From: the human T2T-CHM13v2.0 reference genome, Homo sapiens
Assembly: GCF_009914755.1 (NCBI RefSeq)
Contig: NC_060931.1
Length of the DNA: 64,000 bases
Reading direction: 5' to 3' (one strand)
Below, piece after piece: positions 26,026 to 39,021 of the stretch (within the stretch, counting starts at the first letter, position 1; each line of letters begins with the position of its first letter). A program made the position numbers and the translations under genes. The notes under the pieces were generated by a model. The model had not been told where the DNA came from. It did not search any database and saw nothing but the letters and a program-made list of their open reading frames with translations.

Positions 26026-27927
26026 CTATAAAGAGAAACATAAAGGCACTTAGGGCAGATAAGCCATGCCATTTCCAAAAGCTACTCCCTTACATACTTT
26101 TTCAATCCATATAATAAAACACCATTAATTTAAAACCCACAGATTTAAGTCCACTGTTAATTCTGACCTAACCTCCGCTGAAGTTTACACTTTCTTAAAA
26201 GAAAAAAAATGGAGTTTGCTAATCCACAAAATACATTAAACAGAAAAGAAGAAGAAATCTTCAAGTCTAAACAAACACAAAAAATGATTCTCAAACCATC
26301 TGCATGAAGTCTTAGTTTATATTTAAAAGGAATCCATTTTAGAGGGTGAAAGTCCCTCAGCCCACTTGTATATTTATAAGTTGCCACTATTTATAAGATC
26401 TTTGAGTTCTGAAAACAAAAGGCAACAGAATGAGTTTGTTTCTTTTTAAAAATATATTTAATAAAAATACTGCTACAGTAACAAGAAAAAATAGGAATGT
26501 TCTTAGGGATAATCTGATTTAACTCTCTTACTCTAGAACATTAATAATACTATATGTAGTATTGGTTTCCTTTGCTACTGGAATATTTTGCTAATTATAA
26601 AATCAAACTAATTTTCTCATAAATTTCATGTTCATACAGGTAAGTGAACTAATTTTAAGAGTTCCTTGCTTTCTTATTTACCCCCCTTATTCTTCTATAC
26701 AGTCTCTGGCTGGACAAATTCAAGCTGTATAAAATTACAATCCACCCAACTATTTCAGTGAAGCAGTACATTAAGTAAAAGTAGTGCATTAAGCACTTTC
26801 CCTTGTATTAAGCCTTTTTAAGTAAAAAAAGTATATTTATTTTTAAGGGTTACTTGTACCTTCAAAGCCCAGCTGACTGGGTGTTAAGGTATACGGATCT
26901 TAAATGTTATTAATATTATTCTCAGGTATACAGATTTTTAAAAATATTCTGAAAGGGTATGTTGTATTAATCACCCAAGGATGAGGTACCTGCTACAACC
27001 ACAAAGACAAGGATTGATGGTCACTTATTGAAATAGAGCTTGATCTATATTGTAGGCACTATATTAGGCCCTTCCCACATATCTTCTGATTTAATCATGC
27101 AAGATTTTTCCTATTTTGCAAATGAAAACATCAGACACAAAGAGATTAAGCAAATTGCCTAAAGAAACACAACTATAAACCGGAGTTAGATATTAAATCC
27201 ATGTCTCTCTCACTCCAAAGAGATGGTGCCTCAAATAATAACAGATTCACTGAATTGTTACCTGGTAATTGCCTTCAAGCATTTAAGGAGCTGTCCTGTA
27301 AGGAAGCAGGCAGTTACTTTACTTCATGTAACCAGAGAAGGTAGAATTTTAACCAATGTGTGGCAAATAGGTAGGAGGCAGGTTGAGGCTCCAAAGAGAT
27401 ATTTTGTGATAAACAGAGCTGTCCAACAAATGGAGACAGCACAGTACCCAACAAAACAAGCTTGAATATCACTTGTTGGGCACAGCGCAGAGAAAGATAA
27501 AAGGAATTCACAGATCCTTCCAATGAAAAGAGCCACTAATTCGATCACATATGACAGGCACATTTGTAAACTTAGAAACTCAAATGTTTTGTATATTAGT
27601 TTTGAACAGCCTTCTTTCTCATGGATGCCCCTTTGAAAGGGAGGAAAATTAGACTACAATGGGAAGGGGAAGGAAAAGGAAACTAAGAAGAAAGAAAAAG
27701 GTAGGAAAAAGACCCTGAAAATTGAAAGCTGAGTCCATGAAGCTAGGGGTAATTTTTTCCGTAACCAGAAATCATCTAAATTAATAGTTAATTTTGATAT
27801 TTTTTCTTAAAATATACTTTTCTTAAAACGTTATGAAAGGAAGGGGAAGTTGGGAAAGAAGAAAAGGTTGGGGAAAAAAAGAAGAAGGAAAAATTGGCAA
27901 AGAAGAAGGAAATACAAAGAGACTTAC

Positions 27928-28014
27928 AGAATGAGAGCCCCATTCTCCATTGTCTGTAAGTTTTACCCACTTGTCAGTGGTGGTGTCCATCTCCTGGCAC
28001 TGATCATTTTGAAT
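27928..28014 (-). CDS. ELAPOR2: ELAPOR2 exon 5, 87 nt: IQNDQCQEMDTTTDKWVKLTDNGEWGSHS
   Basis: ccacag|ATT ... TCT|gtaagt; phase 0->0. Confidence 0.96.
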
Positions 28015-30808
28015 CTGTGGATTAAACACAAGAGCCCTAGTAAAGTGTCTTGAATAACAGCTTTAATTAAATTCTGTACCCAGCACAGACTGCAAGAACC
28101 TCGTTCAATACCTTCTAAACAATGGCCATGAGTAATTCTCAATAAGTAAACATACCGAGACCTCTGGAGCCTAAGTGACAACTGCATAAGACTGAGAGGT
28201 TCTAAGTAAACTATCTTCATCATTGTAACAAAAAGCCTAGCTCATTAGAGAGAGGAATGTGGGAGAACACTGACAATGCACACTAACACTGTGACTAACA
28301 CTGACAATGCACAGAAAGGAGACAAAGTATAAAACAACTACCCAACTTACCCAAACTTTTTCATAGCTTGCATTCACCATGCAGGCCCAATAGTATAAAA
28401 ATAAACAAAGCTGTTCTTTATAATATTTGCAGCAGTAAAATTTTAAATTAAAAATAAATAAAGTCCACTTTGTTTTCCATTCCCTAGGACTTAATCCAAA
28501 TGCAAAAGTAAGTGGCTATGGCCAAAGTCAAAGTTCCAAATTTTTATTTGGGGGTAAATGGTAATCATTTGCCATGCCAATTCAAATGATTACAGATATC
28601 TTTAACACCAAACACCTTTTGCTTTCCAGGCAATTCTTCCAAAATGTCAAGGGGTTGGGACACTACTTTTCCAGGTCTACAATGAATACAGAGACATCAA
28701 AAAGTTAGGCCACCTTTCCAATATTGCAAAACAGCAACAGAGTAGAGTTAAAATAAGATCTCATCATCTATATTCCCACCAAAAGAAATGGTTCTTCCTT
28801 TCATCTCTAAATCATTTTGTTTCTTCACTCCTCTTCCCAACCAATTTACAAATATTAAAATGTTCTCCTTAAGAGCTATTCCCTAAAGACTTACTAACTA
28901 AAATATAGACCCTATTGCCATCCAAATACCAGAGAATATCAGCTACTGAGGGTACTTACTTTAATTGAATTTAAGTGTCATATTCACTTTATAAGCATAA
29001 GGACCATTTTAATGCAAGTGTTAAGCTACTTAAAAGCAGATGTGGACCCTGAATATACCTTTAATGGTCAACGTGTAGATAAACTGAAAGCTTTTTTTAT
29101 CACTGAAAGCAGACGTCATATGTTATCTTGACATTCTACTGGCATTCTGGAGACCTGTAAAACCTAAGTCTAATCACTTAGTCTCTCTAGGCTTCAGCTT
29201 CATCATCATTTAAAAAAAAAAATAGAAGGGCTGAATGAAAGTTTCATATAGTTCCAAAATTAAATACTTTGTTGCTGTCAATTATGCAATGCCCATATGT
29301 ACAACTCTCAGAGAACAGCATATTTCAATCTACAAACACTTTCTTTCCATTAACCATTAGTATGATGACCATGAAGTTTTGACCTTCTGAGTCAATAAAT
29401 TGCAACCTCTAAAGCTGAAACATCAATAGAAGAAGGAACATGAATTTGCCATCCCTTTTCAGATTATAACCAGAACAAAGGCATCGCTGACAGGAATTAA
29501 TGAAACTTTATGCCTTAAGGGTACCTTTATTGACATCTCTCAAAGAACTTATTGGGCAATACAAATCTAAACACTTATTCTCACAATTAGATAACTGCTT
29601 TGCTTCTTAACTTTATTTCAGTTTTAGCAATGTTGCCAAAAGTATCCAATGAAACAGGGAATTGTTCACTCTCAGAAGGATTTTGCAAACTAAATGCAGG
29701 TTAAACATAAATCTGTTTGAATGTTGCTTAACATTTTAAACTCATCAAAAGATATTAGTACTAGGAGACTCCTTAAAAGATATTGTCACATAATCTACTT
29801 TATAGAAGTGAATGCTTAGTGCCGGAAGGTTCACTTAATTGCTCAATAACAGTGTTAACAATTACAGAGTTGGAACTAGAGCCAGAATCTCTTGACTTCA
29901 AATCTAAAGCTCATATTTCCATGAAAAATCTCTCTTGCTACCAAACTTCTGATTTAGAAATTCCCATTTCCAACAATACAAATTTGTTTTAAAATTTTTA
30001 GTACATTTGTTTCTGAAATCTGGACTGCAGAAACATTTTTCAAGATAGTCTCCCATCTATAAGCACAACACACACTTGGTTTGGTATAAGAAGTCAATCT
30101 GAGAACATTTGCTCAAGCATTTGTGTCATGATAAATATTTGCTAGATTAGATACTGTTTATTACTAATGGTTAAGTAACTTTAGTGGTAACAGCTTATTT
30201 TGTTAGATGATTACTTTATCTTATCTTCCGTAATGTTATTTAATTTCTTTTCAAAGACATCAAGTATCCCATTCATTGATGTTTTTAGACTGTACTAAAT
30301 TCACAGAATCAGAAACATGCAGCCACTTCTACTTCTGAAAAAAAATTGCTCATAAATACACTTAAATAATTTTTGTTAGCAAAAAAATACTTGAAATTGC
30401 AAAGAGAAAAAAAACTTTTAAGTGAAAACTAAAATTGGTTTAAAAAACACAGTTTTGACAGAATACTATCTGTAGCTACTAAAAGTAATGTAAACATGAA
30501 TCTTGGAGGAAATATTTGTCACACAAAAAGTCTAAACCAAATGGTTATATAATGAGCATAACTAAAAGTTAACCAAGCCCAATGTTATGCTGCAAGGTGA
30601 GATCTTGGAGGTAAAGAAACAATATTAACCAGGAAACAAAATATTATAAAAAGAGATTAAAGTTTTCTTTTAACATCAAAAGGTTCAGTTAACACACACA
30701 CACAAAAAAAAAACTGAGGAGGAATAAAGTGGAATGGGAACAACTGACTAAGGGAAATTTACATGAATGTCCCTTAAAAAGTAAATTCCAGAATACAAAA
30801 GGTCTTAC

Positions 30809-30956
30809 AAAGAACTCAAAGAAGATGTTGTTGTCGACATACTGGTACTCAAAGAAGACATAGCCTGACTTCTTAAGGTGCACAGCATAGATCAAAGACA
30901 CCGTGCAGTCATCACGATTAGATTCTATGTAGTTTCCACGAGGGATCCAAGAAGAG
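30809..30956 (-). CDS. ELAPOR2: ELAPOR2 exon 4, 148 nt: [49 protein letters not shown]
   Basis: ccacag|C ... TTT|gtaaga; phase 2->0. Confidence 0.96.
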
Positions 30957-31329
30957 CTGTGGAAACAAAACCAAGAAGCACTTTACATTAATGTTCTGAA
31001 ACCTCTTCTATTCACAAAACTATGTAACTCAGATTCACGAGTAGTTCCATCAGCAAAGTACAGCAGAAAACACCAGAAGCTTTTCCAGACTCAAAGGCCA
31101 ACTTTATTACTGAGAAGAGGTCCATTTCTTATGGCAAATAACTTCGTAAATCTTTTTAAGGTTATATGATTAATCTGCTAAGAAATTGTTATTTTTCACC
31201 CAAAATTTGATTACCAAATAGATGATAACTAATTTTAGTAGCCTTAGATGGAATTATTCTTTCAGATATCTGCAGTTTTATTTGTAAACCCATACACATG
31301 GCAAATCTATGGAAGGGGAGAAAGAGCAC

Positions 31330-32615
<1,286 letters not shown>

Positions 32616-33636
32616 TGAGAAAATTACACTAGAAAACACTACATTGAAAAACTTCCGCTTACTCGATTTCTTTTATGCATAAACTATTCCAGGCAGAAAA
32701 AGAAGCCTTGTCAGTATCTCCTGCCCACCAAAACAAAGATCTGAGGTCCCACAACATCCTACTAGTACCTTCCTCTAAGGAACTCTTTTACTTAAAACAC
32801 ACACTCTCTCAAGGAAATAATCCTATTATCGAGAGATTAAAATAAAGAAATTGGCATCATTTGGCAAAAAGACAGCTAGAGTGAAAGGAAGGAAGAAAGG
32901 AAGGGAGGGAGGGAATGAATATGCCTTTCAACACAGCTAAATAATTCCCCAGCATCCTTAGCTTATGGTAAAAATGTGGGGTTCCTGAGAGGCTACTCTT
33001 GTCAGGGGGTAGCCAGAGCCCTAAAGTTGAATTCTCCTAAGCAAATCCATATGAAAGGAAATGTTACATAATTAATACAAGGGAACAGGAAGGGATATAG
33101 CTCAAAGACAAACATTTTGTTTTGTTTTTTTCAAAACAGTTTAACATTTCTCCAGCTTTGTCATATGCAAAGCTAATAATCCCCTATAAAAGAGGTAGGA
33201 ATTAAGCAAAGGCGCTTTCCACCTTAGGTACTTAACCCACTCTCTTTTATAGGAGATAATCAAGTGTCTAAATGAAGGTTATGAATTCTTCCTGTCAGAG
33301 GAAAATAAAAAAACCTGAAAGTATCTGTTAAAAATCAGAAAAAGGTTAGTAGAAACACCAGTGGCTTAAATGTAGTTATAAATATGAGAAAATTAATTTG
33401 CTTCTCTAACAGCTTTATTGCATTTTTGCATACAGTGTCTATTATATCCTGAGGGCAATGATTTTAACCTCATGAAAACTCATTGCAATGACCGTCCAAA
33501 AAACATGATTCTTTGCAATTAGCTTATCTATCACCACAAACAGTACCAAGATTATCCTCATCTTCTTTCTGGAAAAGAGCAACTACTTTCTTCTCAAATA
33601 TTCAGTTAAGAGCCAAAGGCTGCTTTGGATTCTTAC

Positions 33637-33832
33637 TTGTTACAGCCGTCTGGCCTGCTGTCAGAAGGGCCCACCACAGTGTCCATGAATGTTGCGATGT
33701 TAGAAAATCCTGCCGGCAATTCATCCCATTCATCAAATTTGATGCCACTGCCCAAGGAATAGGTGCCTTCACCACACTTACTGCATACCTGGTTCTTCAT
33801 TTCTAGATACTCTCCAGAAGCACAGGAGAAAG
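33637..33832 (-). CDS. ELAPOR2: ELAPOR2 exon 3, 196 nt: (T)FSCASGEYLEMKNQVCSKCGEG...SRPDGCN(N)
   Basis: ttccag|CT ... AA|gtaaga; phase 1->2, in frame with neighbours. Confidence 0.96.
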
Positions 33833-35265
33833 CTGGAAGGCAGAAGAATGGACAACCCATTACTTACCCTCCCATCAATTTCCTCCCCTTCATGCTGTCA
33901 CCAGAATTATTTTTATAAAACTCTGATTGTGCCACACTCAAACGAAAGCCTTTCAAATTCCTCTTATCACTACATGCATTTCACAATCTGGTTCCAACCT
34001 ATTTTTCCAAGCTCACCCTTTGCCCCACCCTCTTCCAGCCAAAACAGAATTCCTATCATTCCCAAAATATTTCATCCTCTCTCCTGCTGTTGTGGTCTTC
34101 TTTCCTACAAGATAGATGTTGGCCAATCCTACCTTCTCTACATGGAACACTCCTGTTCTCAACTCAAAAACCACTCACTTCATAACAGATCCCTTCCCCT
34201 GGCCCAATGGGCAGTCAGTTGTACCTCCCTTTATGGTCCTACAGTGCACTTGTTATAATACCTCCATTAAAGCACTTAATTTATGCTAATCAGTGGATAA
34301 GCACATATTAAGACCACTTATAAGTTGATGTGAGATTTTGAGCTTTAAGAAAACAAGGATCATTATTTTTGGATTCCTAGCTGTATCAGGCACATACTAA
34401 GTCCAGATAAAATGCTGATCCAATGAGTGACAACTAAATATAAAAAGGGAAACAGGAAAGCAGTGCAATAGTTGAACAGGTTATCTCCACTCTGAAACCA
34501 TGAGCCCACTTTTTCAATATTCACACCAACCTAGTCATCTCTACCACCTATATCTTATTTCTGATGTCAAGCTTTCTGCAGACTCTGAGAACTGTACCCA
34601 GAGATACTAGATACGACAATGTGAAGAATAGTTGACACACTACAAAAAAAGAAAGCTAAGTTATTATTCCTTCAACAAATGCAAATCAACATCCTCCAAG
34701 TACATGGCTATGTGCACGATGGTATTAGTGACTCCAACCTTGGAAAAGGGCTTTCTAATCCTTTAATCAGGATATTAAAGAAACAAGAACAAAATGAGAC
34801 CTCCAAATTACCCAGTGAAGAAAAACAAATCTCCCAGCAGAGTGTAAAGCAGCAAAGTCTCACATTTAGGTAGATTCTTCTCTTTTAGAATACATTAGAA
34901 AACTTAGCCAGAAATAAAAATCAGCTGATTTTTAAAAACTAATTAAAGAATTAGAGCTAAAATCCACACACATCTACTTATTCGCTGAATTAATATAATG
35001 CTTTCCTTGAGAAAACCTTAAAGATGCTGTACAATGAACTTCTACATTCAAATCAACATCCCCAAATCAGTAAAACATGAGAAAATAAAAAAAGATTATG
35101 CAAAGAATGTGGCATGCTGGCTACATAGTCAAAACTGTCCTAGGACAAGGCTGTACCACTTCCTAATTCTATGACACTGAGTGAGTTATTTCACCTCTCT
35201 AGGCCTTAGTTTCTGTCTCTAAAAAATGAGATAACAATCACAATAGGTACCTTTAAGGGCTATAC

Positions 35266-36775
35266 TGATGGCAGCAGCAGCCAGCCTGGAGTGACCACTG
35301 CCATGAAGCCGGCTACTGTGGGGGAAGTGCGGACCAGGCAGCACGTTCCATGGAGCCATTGGGGCGGGAGGAGGCAGAGCCCCGTCCTCCCAGGCAGACT
35401 CAAGCTTCCCTGTGCTCTTGGGGGCCAGGAGCAGGCAGGAGCTCCACCATCCTGAGCACAGCTGCAGCTACCCAAGCCATGGCTGTGGACCAGGGCATCT
35501 TGGCACTCTCAGGGGCCCAGGAAGAACCCCTTCCCCCACAGGCTTGGAGACGTCTGCTCCCCCTGCCTGGCCTCTCCCCACTCCTGGCACCCCTTCCAAT
35601 CTCAGAGCAAGGTTGGGGCTGAGCCTGGGCACTCTGCTAACATACCAGCTTCCTGCCACCTCAGCCTCCTCCAGACTTTGGCCACCAACAAGCACAGGAG
35701 AGAGACTGAAGCAGGGGCTGAAGGCAGCTTGGCACTGGCCTGCAGGCACTCCTTGACCGAACAGCCTGGGTGCCCAGAACAGTGGCAGGAGGCATAGAGT
35801 CTCCTGGATGGAAGGGGATGGGTCCCACAAAGCCCCACCTTCAAGCCAGGGAGGCTCTGAAGCCTGGGGGCTGGGTTGCCAGTCAGTGGGCCAGAATGGG
35901 AACTTGTGGTGCTTTTTCCCCCCAGACTGCCCATGGCCGCCCATTGACCAATCAGCACACACTTCCTCCCTCTGGCTGGCTGAGGCCCAGGCCCATAAAA
36001 GCCCTGGACTCGGTTACCCACTCCAGGGTCCCCTCTCTGCTGAGAGCTGAACAGTAGCTGAGACACCCTGCTTATGAAGAGGAGCTAGTCACTGTGGGTC
36101 TCCTCTAAGCTATTCTGTAGCTCAATAAAGCTCCTCTTCACCTTGCTCACCCTCCACTTGTCCACATACCTCATTCTTCCTGGATATAGGACAAGAACTC
36201 AGGAACCACCAAATGGTGGAGCTAAAAGAGTTTTAACAAATAGGGCTGAAACATGCTCCTTGCTTGCCACGTTGCAGGTGACAAGAAGGAGAGAAGAGCT
36301 GTGGCCCTTTGGGGATACCAGACCTGGAAGCTCCCCAAGTCAAGGCTGTAACAGCCTCTTTGGGGCTCTGTAGTTCCTGTAACAGCCTCTTTGGGGCTCT
36401 GTCTCCAAGCTTCTGGGTGCCACCATATTCCCCGGTGCCAGCACAGAAGCTGCTTGTGGCATGCTTGGTTCAGCTGCAGCCTCACAGGGAACCAGTGCCC
36501 ATGCTGTCACCTGGAGTTGCTCCCCCCACCGCAGCTGTCATGCCTGGCTGTGCATGGTAGCCTGAACCCCATGCTCACTCACACACCCCTTGCCACTCTG
36601 CACCTGGCTAGCCCTTGGCCAGCGTGGGACCCAGGCCAGTAGAGTGAGCCAAATGCAGCCTGGCAGGCCAAGGAGGCAGAACAAGCCTGGTGGGCCTGAG
36701 CAAAACTCAGGCAAAGGTGCCACTGGCCACAGGGGTTTCCAGCTGGTGAAGTGACACCCCAAGAATCCTGTGACC
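35266..36775 (+). mobile_element. MER52-family ERV1 solo LTR (1510 bp) inserted into a MIR
   Basis: tgatggcagc start, gacaccccaagaatcctgtgac end, ATAC TSD on both sides, GC-rich, AATAAA 36124-36129. Confidence 0.85.
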
Positions 36776-36996
36776 ATACTGAGAAAATAAAATATAGTAT
36801 AAGGTGGTTAGTGCCTGGCATATAACAAATGCTCATTAAAGCTATTATCACTACCAGCACAACTAACAGAAAAACACAGTTATGGAAAACTGCTTATTTT
36901 CAATGGTCTATGGATCTTCTAGCAAACTCAGAATCAGACATTTGCCTAATATGATAAATAATAATATCATAAACCAAGACCCTACAGTACATTAAA

Positions 36997-37190
36997 TCAG
37001 AGGTGAGCAAACTACAACCTGCAGGGGAAATCCAGCTCACTACCTGCTTTTGTAAATAAAGTTTTATTGAAACCCAATCCCGATCATTCATTTACCTACT
37101 GTCTATGGCTGCTTTCACACCACAATGGCAGAGTTGAATAGCTGCAACAGAAACTGCATTGCCCACAAAGACAAAAATATTGACTTCCTA
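36997..37190 (+). mobile_element. MER58A
   Basis: gcaaactac...ttttgtaaataaagttttattg...ggcagagttgaatag. Confidence 0.8.
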
Positions 37191-37523
37191 ATAAAGTTAT
37201 CTTGGAAGACAGTTTAGTGTCCAAAATGGTATTTTAAGTTGATTATCTATAACTTAATAAAAGGTAATATTTTATGATATGTTGTTATAAAGAACTCTAA
37301 AATATAAAAAAGAGAAGAATTGCGTTTGTGAATCTTGTCTTCTAAATACAATGATGCCATTTTGGAATGTTCACTGCCCTGTTAATTAAAATCATAAAGA
37401 ATATTCCCATTTCTTTCCCAAGTGTTTCCATGAAGTCAGAAGGAAAACTAAGAGATAAAGTTGAAAGTGAATATAATGGATATTTGGTATATACCAGGTG
37501 CCATGCTTGATACTTTACAAACA

Positions 37524-38165
37524 CAGTAAATTCTTGTTATTCGCAGTAGTTGTGTTATATGAATTTACCCCAAACACTAAATTAATGAATACTGGACCAT
37601 CACTCTTATGGAAAATACAGGGTTAGGTTCCTGGGAACCTTTGGTCACATCACCTTTGTCAACCAATCAATACCTAACCTTGTTTAAGTGTATTTCTTTT
37701 TAAAAACATCTGATTTAGTATATGTTGTTAATTCGTTAATGTTGAACTCATGGCCAACAGAACTATAACTCATGCCTGAATAAAGCTTATCTAACACATG
37801 TATTTTTCTCTGAAAGGCATAGCACAGCCCTCTTGTACTTAGGAACACTAGCCTTCACATTGGCACTATACTTGGAGGGCCATTTTAAGCAGCAAAATCA
37901 CCCAAAAAAATAACTAAAATGCTAAACACATAGTACTAAATAAACCACCAAAAGGACACTTGTTTACAGTATGAGAAAAGCAGTAAGAAGTCAAAGTGTC
38001 ACCTTGTTCATTCATGTAGTTGGGTGACTCAGATATCTCACCACTCTGCATATGTCTGCAAATAACTATGAAAGCATTGAGTGTATTAATTTGGGGGTTA
38101 CAAATAAATTTTAGCAAGTAGTCAAATTTGCAAATATTGAATCCATGAATAATGAGGATTAACTG
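37524..38165. mobile_element. MER82-like TcMar-Tigger element
   Basis: Inverted ends cagtaaattcttgttattc / gaataatgaggattaactg; ~640 bp. Confidence 0.75.
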
Positions 38166-38722
38166 TGTTTATAGTAGACTGGTGAGGGAGGAAGGGATTA
38201 TGCCTATATACCAGATGAGGAAACTGAGCCACAGTGCATTTAAATAACCTGATTAAAAAGGTTAACTAGTTAACAGTTAACCAATGGCAAAGCTGAAACT
38301 CAAATTCTGGTCTGTCTGATTCCAAAGGTGGGGCCTCAGAGAAAATTCAGTTCAAAAAATTATTACAACCAATACAAAAAGGGCAAACAATTCCAACCAA
38401 ATTAATCATCATACATCACATCATTCTTCATTCCTATCCTGAACTGTTAATGTTCATGTGCATTATACAGCAATAACCATTTTAGCAATAACCTCATATT
38501 TCTTGTGGATTTTTAATGTACTACTCCTAAAACATGCATTAAAAATATTTTAGCAAGTTTCTATCTTCCATAAGTCTAATGACTTTGCCTATAAAAGGAA
38601 AATAATAACAATAGCTATCTCAATGAGTTGTGGGAATAAAGGAGATATATCATATAAAGCATTTAGCATATTACCTGGCATGCAGCACACAATAAATATT
38701 AAATACAATTATTAATAGTTTA

Positions 38723-39021
38723 GGCTGGACTCAGTGGCTCACACCTGTAATCCCAGCACTTTGGGAGGCTGAGGCAGGCAGACTGCTTGAGGTCAGGAGT
38801 TTGAGACCAGCTTGGACAACAAGGTGAAACCCTATCTCTACAAAAAACACAAAAAGTTAGCCAGGCGAGGTGGCGCACACCTGTAATCTCAGCTACTTGG
38901 GAGGCTGAGGCATGAGAATTGCTTGAGCCTGGAAGACAGAGTTTGCAGTAAGCTTAGATCATGCCACTGCACCCCAGCCTGGGCAACAGAGCAAGCCTCT
39001 GTCAAAAAAAAAAAAAAAAAA
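38723..39021 (+). mobile_element. Alu (J/S) full-length
   Basis: 18-bp TSD acaattatt(a/g)atagttta at 38705-38722 and 39027-39044. Confidence 0.95.

Noticed and set aside
35260-36860. Cluster of overlapping ORFs on both strands
   Set aside because: Stop-codon scarcity in the GC-rich MER52 LTR
38261-38281. Palindrome GTTAACTAGTTAAC with three GTTAAC copies
   Set aside because: Short, inside a MIR; explained by local slippage and not a true HNF1 consensus
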